Of a DNA stretch of 64,000 nt, positions 1 through 12,867 are shown in pieces. The notes beneath the pieces are model-generated. The model saw only the letters and a program-made list of their open reading frames with translations. It ran no database searches and had not been told where the DNA came from. The first letter of the stretch is position 1; each line of letters begins with the position of its first letter. The translations under genes and the position numbers were made by a program. The stretch covers positions 1 to 64,000 of the forward strand of contig JANJGN010000546.1 of the NCBI GenBank assembly GCA_026770705.1. Reading direction: 5' to 3'. Source of the stretch: Isurus oxyrinchus (Eukaryota).

Positions 1-859
1 TATAGTCCAAGTATTCCCATTTTTTTATCTTTGCATCTCCAAAACATTTGATGCATTTCAAGATATAAATCAACAAGAGACGGGGGGTATTGCATCCTCC
101 ACAGGGGGTTTTGAATGGCTGATGATTATCCGCTTGGTGAGCAGTTCCCACTGTTTTGATAGAACTACAGCTGATCAAAGTCCAGCACTTTGCATTTTAA
201 TGCCTTCCTTTTAAGAGTGTTCCTGTTTGAAGTGGACCCTGACACAAGCCAGGCATGAACTTCCATGCAACAGGTCTGCAGTGCAATTCATTTGAACCTT
301 TCCAGAGAAGTGATCAACTTCACAGTATCAGCAATCAGATGACTTGTGTCAGCCATTTTTCATCTGAGTACAATCTTGTATTTCTTTGAAAAACAGGTCA
401 CTTTCAGACAGTTCAAATATATCTTTGGTCTGTTAGTTAAGTTGTAGGAAGCTCTTAATCGCAGTTTGCTGTTGTTGGGATATTGTCTTTGTGTGTGTGT
501 TTGTGCATGTGTGTGTGAGTGTGTGAGTGAATGTGTGTATGTGAGAATGTGAGTGTGTTTGTGTCTGTCTGTAAGTGTTGTGAGCGTTTGTATGTGTGTT
601 TGTGTATGTGTGTGTGCGTGTCTGTATGTGTGTGAGTGTGAGTGTGCGTGTATGTGTGTGTCTGTGTGCCTGTGTGTCTGTGTGGTGTGAGTGAGTGTAT
701 GAGTATGTCTGTGTGTGTCTGTGTGTGTCTGTGTGTGCCTGTGTGTGTCTGTATGTGTGTGTGTCTTTGTGTGTGTTTGTGAGAGAGAGAGTGAGTGATT
801 CACAGAGTGAAACCTCCTTGAGTCTGGCCACTGTGTTTAACATTTAAGGCACACAGACA

Positions 860-1140
860 GGATGTGGTTAAAAGGTGAAACCACAAGGAGTGAGTGACTT
901 TCTCAGTGACTGTCTCTCTGTGGGTTTCCTGTGGGTTTCTGTGAACTGCCTGTGGTTTTAAAAAGAATCTTCCAACCCCACATGCACGGCATCAAATAAG
1001 GAATTGGAAGCTGCAGCTCAGAGAGTAACTAGTCCCCCGAGAATTCACAGCCCCTCAAACACAGATTAACAGCATTAATCCTGACCGTCAGCCCACTCAC
1101 TCATTGCCTCTTGTCTCAGACACTAGAAAGTGGAAGTTAA
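860..1140. promoter_or_regulatory. Candidate haematopoietic enhancer cassette (RUNX sites + IRF-Ets composite), one per array unit
   Basis: TGTGGTT 863-869, AACCACA 879-885, TGTGGTT 951-957, GAAAGTGGAAGT 1126-1137. Motif match only. Confidence 0.35.
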
Positions 1141-1246
1141 GGCCAGATTTTCACTCCCGGGTCGGGGGTCACAGAGACGGCAGAATTCACGGCTCCACCA
1201 ACTCCACCTCTAAACATGTCAGTCCCAGATTCCGATGTGTGGTCCA

Positions 1247-1850
1247 GGGGTCGGGGGGTGTGGGTGGGTTGGTCATGGTGGTGGGGGTGGGGGTGAGGGT
1301 GGTGTTGGTGGTGGTGGTGGTGTTGGGGGTGGTGGGGGTGGTGGTGTTGGGGGTGGGGGGGGTGGAGGTGTTGGGGGTGTTGGGGGTGGGGTGGATGGTG
1401 GTAGGGGTGGGGGTGGGGTTGTTGGTGGGGGTGGGATGGGGTTCGGGGTGGGTGTGGAGGTGGTGGGGGTGGTGGGGGGGTGATGGGGGTGTGGTTGGGG
1501 AAGGGGGTGGGTTGGGGGGAGGGTGTGGTGGTGGTGGGGGTGGGGGAGGGGGGTGGTGGTGTGGGGGGTGGGGGAGGGGGGTGATGGTGGTGTTGGGGGT
1601 GGAGGTGGGGTTGGTGGGGGTGGGGATGGAGGTGGGGTTCGGGGAGGTGGGGTTGGTGGGGGTGGGGATGGTGTTGGGTGTGGGGGGGAGGGTGTGGTGG
1701 TGGGGGTGGGGGAGGTAGGGTTGGTGGGGGTGGGGGAGGGAGTGGGAGTGGTGGTGGTGGTGAGGGTGGGGGAGGGTGTGGGGGTGGGGGTGGGGATGAG
1801 GGTGGGGAGGGGGTGGGGGAGGGGGGGGTGGAGGGTAGGGGTGGTGGGGG
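1247..1850 (+). repeat. G-rich (GGT/GGGGT)n tract (also 12503-12780, 20818-21095, 29126-29712)
   Basis: Dense G4-G7 runs; potential G-quadruplex sequence. Confidence 0.9.
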
Positions 1851-1942
1851 TGCAGGTCAGGTCCCTCGGGGCACCGATAAAAAGCGGGGGCCTTCAGAAA
1901 GGCCCATTTGAGAGGTGGGTGGTCAATGGTGAAGACCCTGTG

Positions 1943-4900
1943 CCTCCTCCCCCTCCTCATCCCTCCTCTTCCCTCATCCCCTCCCCCTCCTCATCCCCAT
2001 CCTCATCCCCTTCCTCTTCCCTCCCCCTCTCCTCCCCTCCTCATCCCCCTCCTCATCCCCGTACTCATCTCCCTCCCTATCTCCCTCCTCATCCCCCTCT
2101 TCATCCCCCTGCTCATTTCCTCCTCATCTCCCTCCTTATCCCCTCCTCATCCCCGTCTTCATCGTCCTCCTCACCCCCCTCCTCATCCCCCCTCCTCATC
2201 TCCCGCCTCATCCCCCACCTCATCCCCTCCTCATTCCCTCCTCATCCCCCTCCTCGATCATCCTCCTGACCCCCCCTCCTCATCCCCTCCTAATCCCCCT
2301 CCTCATCCCCTCCTCATCCCCTCATCCTCATCCCCTCCTCATCCCCACCTCATCCCTTCTCATCCTCCTCCTCATCTCCCTCCTCATCACCTCTTCATCC
2401 CCCTCCTCATCCTCCCTCCTCATCCACTTCTCATCCCCTCCTCATCCCCCTCCTCATCCCCTCCTCATCACCTCTTCATCCCCCTCCTCATCCCCCTCCT
2501 CATCCCCTCGTCATCCCCTCTTCATCCCTCTCCTCATCCCCTCCTCATCCTCCTACTCATCTCCCTCCTCATCCCCCTCCTCATCCCTTCTCCTCCTCCT
2601 CCTCATCTCCCTCCTCATCTCCCTCCTCATCCCCCACCTCATCCCCCTCCTCATTCCTCTCATCCCCTCCTCATCCCCTCCTCATCCCCTCGTCATCCCC
2701 TCCTCATCCTCCCTCTCCTCTCCCTCCTCATCCACCTCCTCATCCCCTCCTCATCCTCCTCCTCATCTCCCTCCTCATCCCCCTCCTCATCGCCCTCCTC
2801 ATCCTCCTCCTCATCTCCCTCCTCATTCCACTCCTCATCCCCTCCTCATCCCCTCCTCATCTCTCTTCTCATCCCGCTCCTCATTCCCTCGTCATCCCTC
2901 CTCATCCCTCTCATCCTCCTCCTCATCTCCCTCCTCATCCCCTCCCATCCCTCCTCATCTCCTCCTCATCGCCCTCCTCATCCCCCTCCCTCATCCCTCT
3001 CCCCTCTCCTCATCTCCCCCTAATCCCCTCCTCATCCCCTCTATCCCCTCCTCATCTCCCTCCTCATCCCCCTCCTCATCCCCCTCCTCATTTCCCTCCT
3101 CATCCCCTCCACTCCCTCCCCTCCTCTCCCTCCTCTCTCCTCCTCATCACCTCTCATCCCCCTCTCCTCCCACTCCTTGTCCCCTCCTCATCTCCTCCTC
3201 ATCTCTCCCCCCTCCTCCTCTTCACCCTCTCATCATCCCCCTCCGCCTCATCTCCCCCTCCTCATCTCCCTCCTCATCCTCCTCCTCCCCTCCTCATCCC
3301 CTCCTCATCTCCCTCCTCATCCTACCTCTTCCCTCATCAACCTCCTCATCCCCCTCCTCATCATCCCCTCCTCCACCTCACTCCTTATCTCCCTACTCAT
3401 CCCCCTCCCTCATCCCCCCTCCTCATCCCCCTCCTTCCCCATCTCATCCCTCACCTCACCCCTCATCCCTCATACCCCTCCACATCCTCTCCCCTCCTCA
3501 TCCCCCTCCTCATCCCCCTCCTCATCCCCTCCTCATCCCCCTCCTCATCCCCTCCTCATCCCCCTCTCATCACAACTCTCCTCATCCCCCACTCCACTCA
3601 TCCCCTCCTCATCCCTCTCCTCATATCCCTCCTCATCCCCCTCCTCATATCCCTCCTCATCCCTATCCTCATCCCCTCATCATCCCCTCCTCATCCCCCT
3701 CCTCATCCCCTTCTCATCCCTCCTCCTCATCTCCCTCCTCATCACCCTCCTCATCCCCTCCTCATCATCCTCCTCATCTCCCTCCTCATCCCCTCCTCAT
3801 CCCCCTCCCTATCCCTCTCCTCATCCCCTCCTCATCCCCTCCTCATCCTCCTCCTCATCTCCCTCCTCATCCCCCTCCTCATCGCCTCCTCATCCTCCTT
3901 CTCATCTCCCTCCTCATCCCCTCCTCATCCCCTCCTCATCTCCCTTCTCATCCCGCTCCTCATTCCCTCGTCATCCCCTCCTCATCCCCTCCTCATCCTC
4001 CTCCTCATCTCCCTCCTCATCCCCTCCTCATCCCCTCCTCATACTCCTCCTCATCGCCCTCCTCATCCCCCTCCTCATCCCCTCCTCATCCTCCTCCTCA
4101 TCTCCCTCCTAATCCCCCTCCTCATCCCCTCCACATCCTCCTCCTCATCTCCCTCCTCATCCCCTCCTCATCCCCCTCCTCATTTCCCTCCTCATCCCCC
4201 CTCCCCCTCCCACTCCTTGTCCCCCTCCTCATCTCCCTCCTCATTCCCCCCCTCATTCCCCTCCTCATCCTCCTCTTCATCCCCTCGTCATCCACTCCTC
4301 ATCTACCTCCTCATCTCCCTCCTCTTCCCTCCTCATCCCCTCCTCATTCCCCTCCTCATCCTCCTCTTCATCCCCTCCTCATCTACCTCCTCATCTCCCT
4401 CCTCTTCCTCCTCCTCTTCCCCCTCGCATCATCTCCCTCCTCATCTCCCTCCTCATCCCCTCCTCATCCCCCTCTCATTCCCTCCTCATCCTCCTCATCT
4501 CCCTCCTCATCCCCCTCCTCATCCCCTCCTCATCTCCTCATCACTCTCCTCATCCCCCTCCGCATCATCTCCCTCCTCATCTCCCTCCTCAGTCCCCCTC
4601 CTCATCCCCTCCTCATCCCCCTCCTCATCTCCCTCCTCATCTACTCCTCATCAACCTCCTCATCCCCTCCTCATCCCCTCCTCACCTCACTCCTTATCTC
4701 CCTCCTCATCCCCCTCCTCATCCCCTCCTCATCCCCCTCCTCATCCCCTTCTCATCCTCTCCTCATCCCCCTCCCTATCCCTCTCCTCATCCCCCTCCTC
4801 ATCTCCCTCCTCATCCCCTCCTCATCCCCCCTCCTCATCCCCTCCTCATCCTCCTCCTCATCTCCCTCCTCATCCCCCTCCTCATCCCCTCCTCATCTCC

Positions 4901-6490
4901 TCATCACTCTCCTCATCCCTTCCTCATCCCCTCCTCATCCTCCTCCTCATATCCCTCCTCATCCCCCTCCTCATATCCCTCCTCATCCCTATCCTCATCC
5001 CCTCATCATCCCCTCCTCATCCACCTCCTCATCCCCTTCTCATCCTCCTCCTCAACTCCCTCCTCATCACCCTCCTCATCCCCTCCTCATCATCCTCCTC
5101 ATCTCCCTCCTCATCCCCTCCTCATCCTCCTCCTCATCTCCCTCCTCATCCCCCCTCCTCATCCGCTCCTCATCCTCCTCCTCATCTCCCTCCTCATCCC
5201 CCTCCTCATCTCCTCCTCATCCTCCTCCTCATCTCCCTCCTATCCCCTCCTCTTCCCCTTCCTCATTTCCCTCCTCATCCCCCTCCAACTCCCCCTCTCC
5301 CTCCTCTTCCCCTCCTCATCTCCCTCCTCATCACCTCCTCATCCCCCTCCCCCTCCCACTCCTTGTCCCCCTCTTCATCTCCCTCCTCATTTCCCCCCCT
5401 CATTCCCCTCCTCATCCTCCTCTTCATCCCCTCGTATCCACTCCACTACCTCCTCATCTCCCTCCTCATCTCCCTCCTCATCCCCCTCCTCATCCCCTCC
5501 TCATCCTCCTCTTCATCCCCCTCCCCTCATCTACCTCCTCATCTCCCTCCTCTTCCTCCTCCTCTTCCCCCTCCGCATCATCCCTCCTCATCTCCCTCAT
5601 CATCCCCCTCCTCATTCCCCTCCTCATCCCCTCCTCATCTCCCTCCTCATCTACCTCCTCATCACCTCCTCATCCCCCTCCTCATCCCCATCCTCACCTC
5701 ACTCCTTATCTCCCTCCTCATCCCCTCCTCATCCCCTCCTCATCCCCCTCCTCATCCCCTTCTCATCCTCTCCTCATCCCCCTCCCTATCCCTCTCCTCA
5801 TCCCCCTCCTCATCTCCCTCCTCCTCCCCTCCTCATCCCCCTCCTCAACCCCTCCTCATCCTCCTCCTCATCTCCCTCCTCATCCCCCTCCTCATCCCCT
5901 CCTCATCCTCCTCCTCATATCCCTCCTCATCCCCCTCCTCATATCCCTCCTCATCCCTATCCTCATCCCCTCATCATCCCCTCCTCATCCCCTCCTCATC
6001 CCCTTCTCATCCTCCTCCTCACTCTCCCTCCTCATCACCCTCCTCATCCCCTCCTCATCCTCCTCCTCATCTCCCTCCTCTCTCCTCCTCATCCTCCTCC
6101 TCATCTCCCTCCTCATTCCCCTTCTCATCCCCTCCTCATCCTCCTCCTCATCTCCCTCCTCATCCCCCTCCTCATCTCCTCCTCATCCTCCCTCATCTCC
6201 CTCCTCATCCCCTCCTCTTCCCCTTCCTCATTCCCCTCCTCATCCCCCTTCACCTCCCCCCCCCTCCTCGTCCCCCTCCTCATCTCGCTCCTCAATCCCC
6301 CTCCTCATTCCCCTCCTCTCATCCTCCTCTTCATCCCCTCATCATCCCCTCCGCTTCCCCCCCTCATCTCCCCTCCTCTTCCCCCTCCTCATCCCCCTCC
6401 TCATTCCCCTCCTCATTCTCCTCCTCATCCCCACTCATCTACCTCCTCATCTCCTTCCTCTTCCTCCTCCTCATCCCCCTCCTCATCCCC
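1943..6490 (+). repeat. C-rich (CCCCTCCTCAT)-type 11-12 bp satellite, unit 1 (~4.5 kb)
   Basis: Degenerate tcctcatcccc repeats with almost no G on the plus strand. Confidence 0.95.
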
Positions 6491-7410
6491 TTCTCTCTCA
6501 CAAACACAATCTCTCTCTATCGCACTCTTCTGCTCTCTCTCTCTCTCTCTCACACACACATATTCTCTCTCTTACACTCACAATCTCTCTCTATCACACT
6601 CTTCTGCTCTATCTCTCTCTCTCTCACACACACATATTCTCTCTCTAACACTCACAATCTCTCTCTATCACACTCTTCTGCTCTCTCTCTCTCTCTCTCA
6701 CACACACATATTCTCTCTCTAACACTCACAATCTCTCTCTATCACACTCTTCTGCTCTATCTCTCTCTCTCACACACACATATTCTCTCTCTAACACTCA
6801 CAATCTCTCTCTATCACACTCTTCTGCTCTCTCTCTCTCTCTCACACACCCACCTTCTCTCTCTAACAAACACAATCTCTCTCTATCACACTCCTCTGCT
6901 CTATCTCTCTCTCTCACACACCCACCTTCTCTCTCTAACAATCACAATCTCTCTCTATCACACTCTTCTGCTCTCTCTCTCTCTCTCTCACACACACATT
7001 CTCTCTCTAACAAACACAATCTCTCTCTATCACACTCTTCTGCTCTCTCTCTCTCTCTCACACACACATTCTCTCTCTAACACTCACAATCTCTCTCTAT
7101 CGCACTCTTCTGCTCTCTCTCTCTCACACACCCACCTTCTCTCTCTAACAATCACAATCTCTCTCTATCAGACTCTTCTGCTCTATCTCTCTCTCTCACA
7201 CACACATTCTCTCTCTAACACTCACAATCTCTCTCTATCGCACTCTTCTGCTCTATCTCTCTCTCTCTCACACACACACATTCTCTCTCTGACACTCACA
7301 ATCTCTCTCTATCGCACTCTTCTGCTCTCTCTCTCTCACACACACCTTCTCTCTCTAACACTCACAATCTCTCTCTATCGCACTCTTCTGCACTATCTCT
7401 CTCTCTCTCA
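6490..7410 (+). repeat. ~60-bp CT/CA minisatellite (also ~13880-14300, ~22155-22580)
   Basis: Repeated cacaatctctctctatcacactcttctgctct...cacacattctctctctaa. Confidence 0.9.
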
Positions 7411-7799
7411 GACACAAACACTCTCTCACACACTCACACACTTTCCCTAAAACTAACACAATCTCCCTTTCTGTCAAGCACACACTCTCTCACACACACA
7501 CACACTCTCTCTCTCAGACACACACATTCTCTCTCTCTCAAACATTTAACATTTCTCTTCATCTCGATCTTCTGCTGTCTCTCTCTTTCTCTCCCTCGCA
7601 CACACACACACTCTCTGTCACAAACACACGCTCTCTCCCACACACTCTCTCTCACACACTCTCACATGCACACTCTCTCCCTCATATACAAACACTCTCC
7701 CTCACACATGCACACACTCTCTCTATCTCTTTTTCTCTCTCACACAGTCTCTCTGTCTCTCTCTGTCTCTCAGACACTCTCTCTCTCTCTCTCTGATAC

Positions 7800-8640
7800 A
7801 GAATGTTTTAAGACCTGCTCATGATTTCAGCTCAAAACCCAGGTAGATTCTCCCCAGTGAGGGAGTGGTGAGGGAGTGCTGCACTGTCAGAGGATCAGTA
7901 CTGAGGGCGTGCTGCACTGTCAGAGGGTAAGTACTGAGGGAGTACTGCACTGTCGGAGGATCAGTACTGAACACAATGTCCATTCAGAACAGCTCGGTCC
8001 CCGATCAGAGAAACAGCCTCAGACAGAACCAACTGACGCTGGAATCCATACAATTCATCAACGTGTTGGGAGTTAGTTTGATGTCGGAGATGGAGTGTTA
8101 CTGGGAAGGATGGAACCCGTCAGGATGAACAGCTCGATGTATGACAAGGAAAGGATGAGCTAAGAGGGGTTGGTCACAGACAGACGGAGCGTGTGAAGAC
8201 TCAACAAGCTAATGGCAGGTGAAGAGCTGGAAAGGTGTCTTTTCAACACAAGGTTTAGACACAGAACTCGATGTTTGATCGGGTATTTCAAACCAGAGAA
8301 ACTCTTTACAGGGTGAATGGACCTTGTCAATAAACCATCTAGCCAACCTCGCCTGGAGATTAGTCCAATATTAGACACTAAATCGAGTCCCCCGTCTGCC
8401 CTCTCGGGCGGGTGTGAAAGATCCAACAGCCACTATTTGGAGGAAGAGCAGGGGGGAGATCTCCCCGGTGTCCTGGGACCAGTATTTATCCCTCAACCAA
8501 CATCACCAAAAACAGGTGATCACATTGCTGTTTGTGGGAGCTTGCTGTGCGCTAATTGGCTGCTGCGTTTCCTACATTACAACAGTAACCACACTTCGAA
8601 AAAAGGGTGAACTCAACTGTAATGTGTTCTGGGACATCCA
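7800..8640 (+). mobile_element. Deu-domain SINE pieces (SacSINE1-like): head 7800-7970, body 8370-8640; repeated in units 2 and 3
   Basis: gagggagtgctgcactgtc and gaagagcag...tatttatccctcaaccaacatcac...cacattgctgtttgtgggagcttgctgtgcgc, recognised from memory as the shark Deu-SINE. Confidence 0.75.
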
Positions 8641-9000
8641 GAGACCATTCTGTACAGAAGAGATTTGACAGGAGCAGCAAGTGTTTTACTTACAGGAGAA
8701 TGAGTTCCCAGGGTTGTAGAGTCAATCCTGTCAGATGAATGACTAACTGGAGACACTTCAGGGAGCTGATCTAATTCTGGAAATGTTCAGTTTACCAGGA
8801 TCGGAGGAGAGATGATCTTCCTCTCCTGACTGCATCGGACACGAGGTGAACTGGCTCTGGGAGGAGGGTCAGTGTTAACCCAGTTTTTCTGTGTTTGAGG
8901 GAGATGTGAAACTGGGGAAGTCACGTGGTTTTTTGGTGTGGTCACTCCATGACTTTATTTGGTGCAGCACTCATTTAGTTCATGTCATTGTTTCAATGCT
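7990..9000 (+). mobile_element. Highly decayed Tx1/L1-clade LINE ORF2 fragment (tentative)
   Basis: Broken translation gives INVLGVS...RMS*EG...ELERCLF...FKPEKLFTG*MDLVN and ET..SHVVFWC, resembling post-RT and Cys-rich motifs of Tx1-like ORF2. Confidence 0.35.
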
Positions 9001-9849
9001 ACAAAACCACAGTGCATTCTGGACTATTTCTGCCTGACCTGCTGTCAGATACACACAGTCTGACAGAGAGGCGGAAAAGTGGTCCCTAGCAACGTGTGTA
9101 ACTGTGAACTCGGCTCAGTCAGAATGCACACACACACACACACACACACGTACACACACACACACACACACATACACACACACACACATTCACACCTACC
9201 CTCGCACACACTCTCGAACGCACTCACACACACACATACAGGCACACATACACGCACGCACTCAGATACACACATACACACACACAGCCAAACACGCACA
9301 CACACACATACAAACTCTCTCTCTCACATAAACGTTCTCTCTCACTCCCTCTCTCAAATGCACAATCTTCTTCTCTCTCAAACATGCACACCACCTCTCT
9401 CTCGCACACTCCCTCTCTCAAACGCACACACACACACGATCTCACACACACACTCTCACATACACAAACTCTCTCACAGACACACTCTCTCTTTCGCACA
9501 CAGACTATCTCACACACACATTCTCTCTCTACCTTTCTCTCTCACACATAAACTCTCTCTCACTCTCACACAGACGTTCTCTTTCTCTCACACACACTCT
9601 CTCTCACACACACACAAGCTACCTCCCTCTCTCATGCACACACACTCTACCTCTCTCATGCTCTCTCACACACACTCTCTCTCTCACACACACAAGCTAC
9701 CTCCCTCTCTCATGCACACACACTCTACCTCTCTCATGCTCTCTCACACACATTTTCTCTTTCTCTTTATCCTTCTCTCTCTCTCAAACATACACACTCT
9801 CACTCTCTCACACTCACATTGTCTCTCTCTCTCACACACTCACTCTTTC

Positions 9850-10330
9850 TTTCTGTCTCCGAGACGGAAGTTTGGGGTTTTGAGGCCATCTCAAGGTTTC
9901 AGCTCAAAACGCAGATGGACACTCACCAGTGAGGGAGTGCTGAGGGAGTGCTGCACTGTTGGAGGGTCTGCACTGAGGGAGTGCTGCACTGTTGGAGGGT
10001 CTGCACTGAGGGAGTGCTGCACTCCCATACAGTCAGTACTGAGGGAGTGCTGCACTGTTGGAGGGTCTGCACTGAGGGAGTGCTGCACTCCCAGAGGGTT
10101 AGTACTGAGGGAGTGCTGCACTGTCAGAGGGTCAGTACTGAGGGAGCGCTGCACTGTCAGAGGGTCAGTACTGAGGGAGTGCTGCACTGTCAGAGGGTCA
10201 GTACTGAGGGAGTGCTGCACTGTCAGAGGCTCAGTGCTGAGTGAGTGCTGCACTGTCAGAGGATGAGCGCTAAGGAATGCTGCTCCGTCGGAACTGCCAT
10301 ATTTCAGATGATGTTTGAAATTAACAACAT
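9850..10330 (+). mobile_element. Deu-SINE head with expanded 30-bp minisatellite (also ~16810-17280, ~25030-25500)
   Basis: About 11 copies of gagggagtgctgcactgtcagagggtcagtact. Confidence 0.8.
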
Positions 10331-10339
10331 GCCTCATGT

Positions 10340-11740
10340 ATAATTATATATCATCAGCTCAAAATAAATAGATTATTCCTGTACGTTTCAATTTACTGTA
10401 AATTGTTGGCAGTTTCATTTCCTTAGAAACCAGGCTTGTGTGATCACCACTTTTAAATAACGTTAATAATAAAGATGCAACAATACACACACACAGAGGT
10501 ACACACACACAGATGCACATACACACACACACACACACACACACTCATGCACACTGGCACACATGCATACACAGTCAAACGCACACACGCACACACACAC
10601 TCACACACACACACACACACACACAGACAGGTACACAGACACGCATAGTCATACACAAATGCACACACACAGAGACACACAGACAGGCTCACACACACAC
10701 AGACAAACGTATGCACACACACACAAACTGACACAGACAAGTACAAAGACACACTACGCATACACACAGACAGGCACAGACACACACACACACACGCTCA
10801 CACAGGAAGGCACACATACACACACACATACACAAACACACACACACTCACAAACACACACAGATATCAGAGGTCATATAATTATAGAGTGCAATAAAAA
10901 TTTAAAAGAGGATATGATTAAATTGTTTGCTTGTCTTTGAGGTGTAGGTTGTGAATGTTGAAGCTGTTTTAAATTAGTTGGTTAGCTCTAGAATCCTGTA
11001 GTTCATCTAGCTCAGACTTGGACGTGTTTGAAGACATTCTGTTAGCTTCAGACAGAGAGAGAGAGAAAGCGAAAGAGGGACAGAGAGAGAGAGAGAGAGA
11101 AGGAAAAATCATTTCTGTTCTTTTCTAGCAGGGTTTTTAGATGACTGCCATATTTCTTTTTCCCCTCCTTTTTCTTATAACTGCTTGGCAGAACCATTTG
11201 TTAAACTTCTGTCTGTATATTCCTGAGAGGGAATTCGATCAACATGTTTTACATTCATTGTTATAGTCCAAGTATTCCCATTTTTTATCTTTGCATCTCC
11301 AAAACATTTGATGCATTTCAAGATATAAATCAACAAGAGACGGGGGTATTGCATCCTCCACAGGGGGTTTTGAATGGCTGATGATTATCCGCTTGGTGAG
11401 CAGTTCCCACTGTTTTGATAGAACTACAGCTGATCAAAGTCCAGCACTTTGCATTTTAATGCCTTCCTTTTAAGAGTGTTCCTGTTTGAAGTGGACCCTG
11501 ACACAAGCCAGGCATGAACTTCCATGCAACAGGTCTGCAGTGCAATTCATTTGAACCTTTCCAGAGAAGTGATCAACTTCACAGTATCAGCAATCAGATG
11601 ACTTGTGTCAGCCATTTTTCATCTGAGTACAATCTTGTATTTCTTTGAAAAACAGGTCACTTTCAGACAGTTCAATATATCTTTGGTCTGTTAGTTAAGT
11701 TGTAGGAAGCTCTTAATCGCAGTTTGCTATTGTTGGGATA
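10340..11740. other. Unclassified LTR-like block with internal (CA)n; a second diverged copy is present in units 2 and 3 (17810-18420, 26030-26637)
   Basis: Non-coding, AT-richer and repeated. Termini not resolved. Confidence 0.35.
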
Positions 11741-12867
11741 TTGTCTTTGTGTGTGTGTTTGTGCATGTGTGTGTGAGTGTGTGAGTGAATGTGTGTATGT
11801 GAGAATGTGAGTGTGTTTGTGTCTGTCTGTAAGTGTGTGAGCGTTTGTATGTGTGTTTGTGTATGTGTGTGTGCGTGTCTGTATGTGTGTGAGTGTGAGT
11901 GTGCGTGTATGTGTGTGTCTGTGTGCCTGTGTGTCTGTGTGTGTGAGTGAGTGTATGAGTATGTCTGTGTGTGTCTGTGTGTGTCTGTGTGTGCCTGTGT
12001 GTGTCTGTATGTGTGTGTGTCTTTGTGTGTGTTTGTGAGAGAGAGAGTGAGTGATTCACAGAGTGAAACCTCCCTGAGTGTGGCCGGTGTGTTTAACATT
12101 TAAGGCACACAGACAGGATGTGGTTAAAAGGTGAAACCACAAGGAGTGAGTGACTTTCTCAGTGACTGTCTCTCTGTGGGTTTCCTGTGGGTTTCTGTGA
12201 ACTGCCTGTGGTTTTAAAAAGAATCTTCCAACCCCACATGCACGGCATCAAATAAGGAATTGGAAGCTGCTGCTCAGAGAGTAACTAGTCCCCCGAGAAT
12301 TCACAGCCCCTCAAACACAGATTAACAGCATTAATCCTGACCGTCAGCCCACTCACTCATTGCCTCTTGTCTCAGACACTAGAAAGTGGAAGTTAAGGCC
12401 GGATTTTCACTCCCGGGTCGGGGGTCACAGAGACGGCAGAATTCACGGCTCCACCAACTCCACCTCTAAACATGTCAGTCCCAGATTCCGATGTGTGGTC
12501 CAGGGGTCGGGGGGTGTGGGTGGGTTGGTCATGGTGGTGGGGGTGGGGGTGAGGGTGGGGGTGGTGGTGGTGGTGGTGTTGGGGGTGGTGGGGGTGGGGA
12601 TGGTGTTGGGTGTGGGGGAGGGTGTGGTGGTGGGGGTGGGGGAGGTAGGGTTGGTGGGGGTGGGGGAGGGAGTGGGAGTGGTGGTGGTGGTGAGGGTGGG
12701 GGAGAGTGTGGGGGTGGGGGTGGGGATGAGGGTGGGGAGGGGGTGGGGGAGGGGGGGTGGAGGTAGGGGTGGTGGGGGTGCAGGTCAGGTCCCTTGGGCA
12801 CCGATAAAAAGCGGGGCCTTCAGAAAGGCCCATTTGAGAGGTGGGTGGTCAATGGTGAAGACCCTGT

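Noticed and set aside
1247-6490. Telomeric or Ig switch-region identity of the G-rich tracts
   Set aside because: No TTAGGG arrays, no dense AGCT motifs and no Ig constant exons nearby.
7802-7842. Apparent 41-nt exon (polypyrimidine-AG...GT) with a paralog at ~9870-9914
   Set aside because: Both match the 5' head of the Deu-SINE just before gagggagtgctgcac; the paralog has no GT donor.
8020-8330. Resemblance of LTLESIQFINVLG to an AGC-kinase N-lobe
   Set aside because: No GxGxxG, VAIK or HRD motifs and several stops; a LINE fossil fits better.
829-9014. RSS heptamers (cactgtg ~830, cacagtg ~9008) suggesting V(D)J segments
   Set aside because: No nonamer at 12/23 spacing and not conserved across units. 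The V exons have ordinary splice donors and Siglec, not antigen-receptor, features.
9930-10262. CRISPR-like regular 30-bp repeats
   Set aside because: No unique spacers, no cas genes, vertebrate context.
9079-10940. His/Thr- and Cys/Val-rich ORFs and LRECCTV repeats
   Set aside because: Translations of (CA)n/(TG)n microsatellites and the SINE-derived 30-bp minisatellite.
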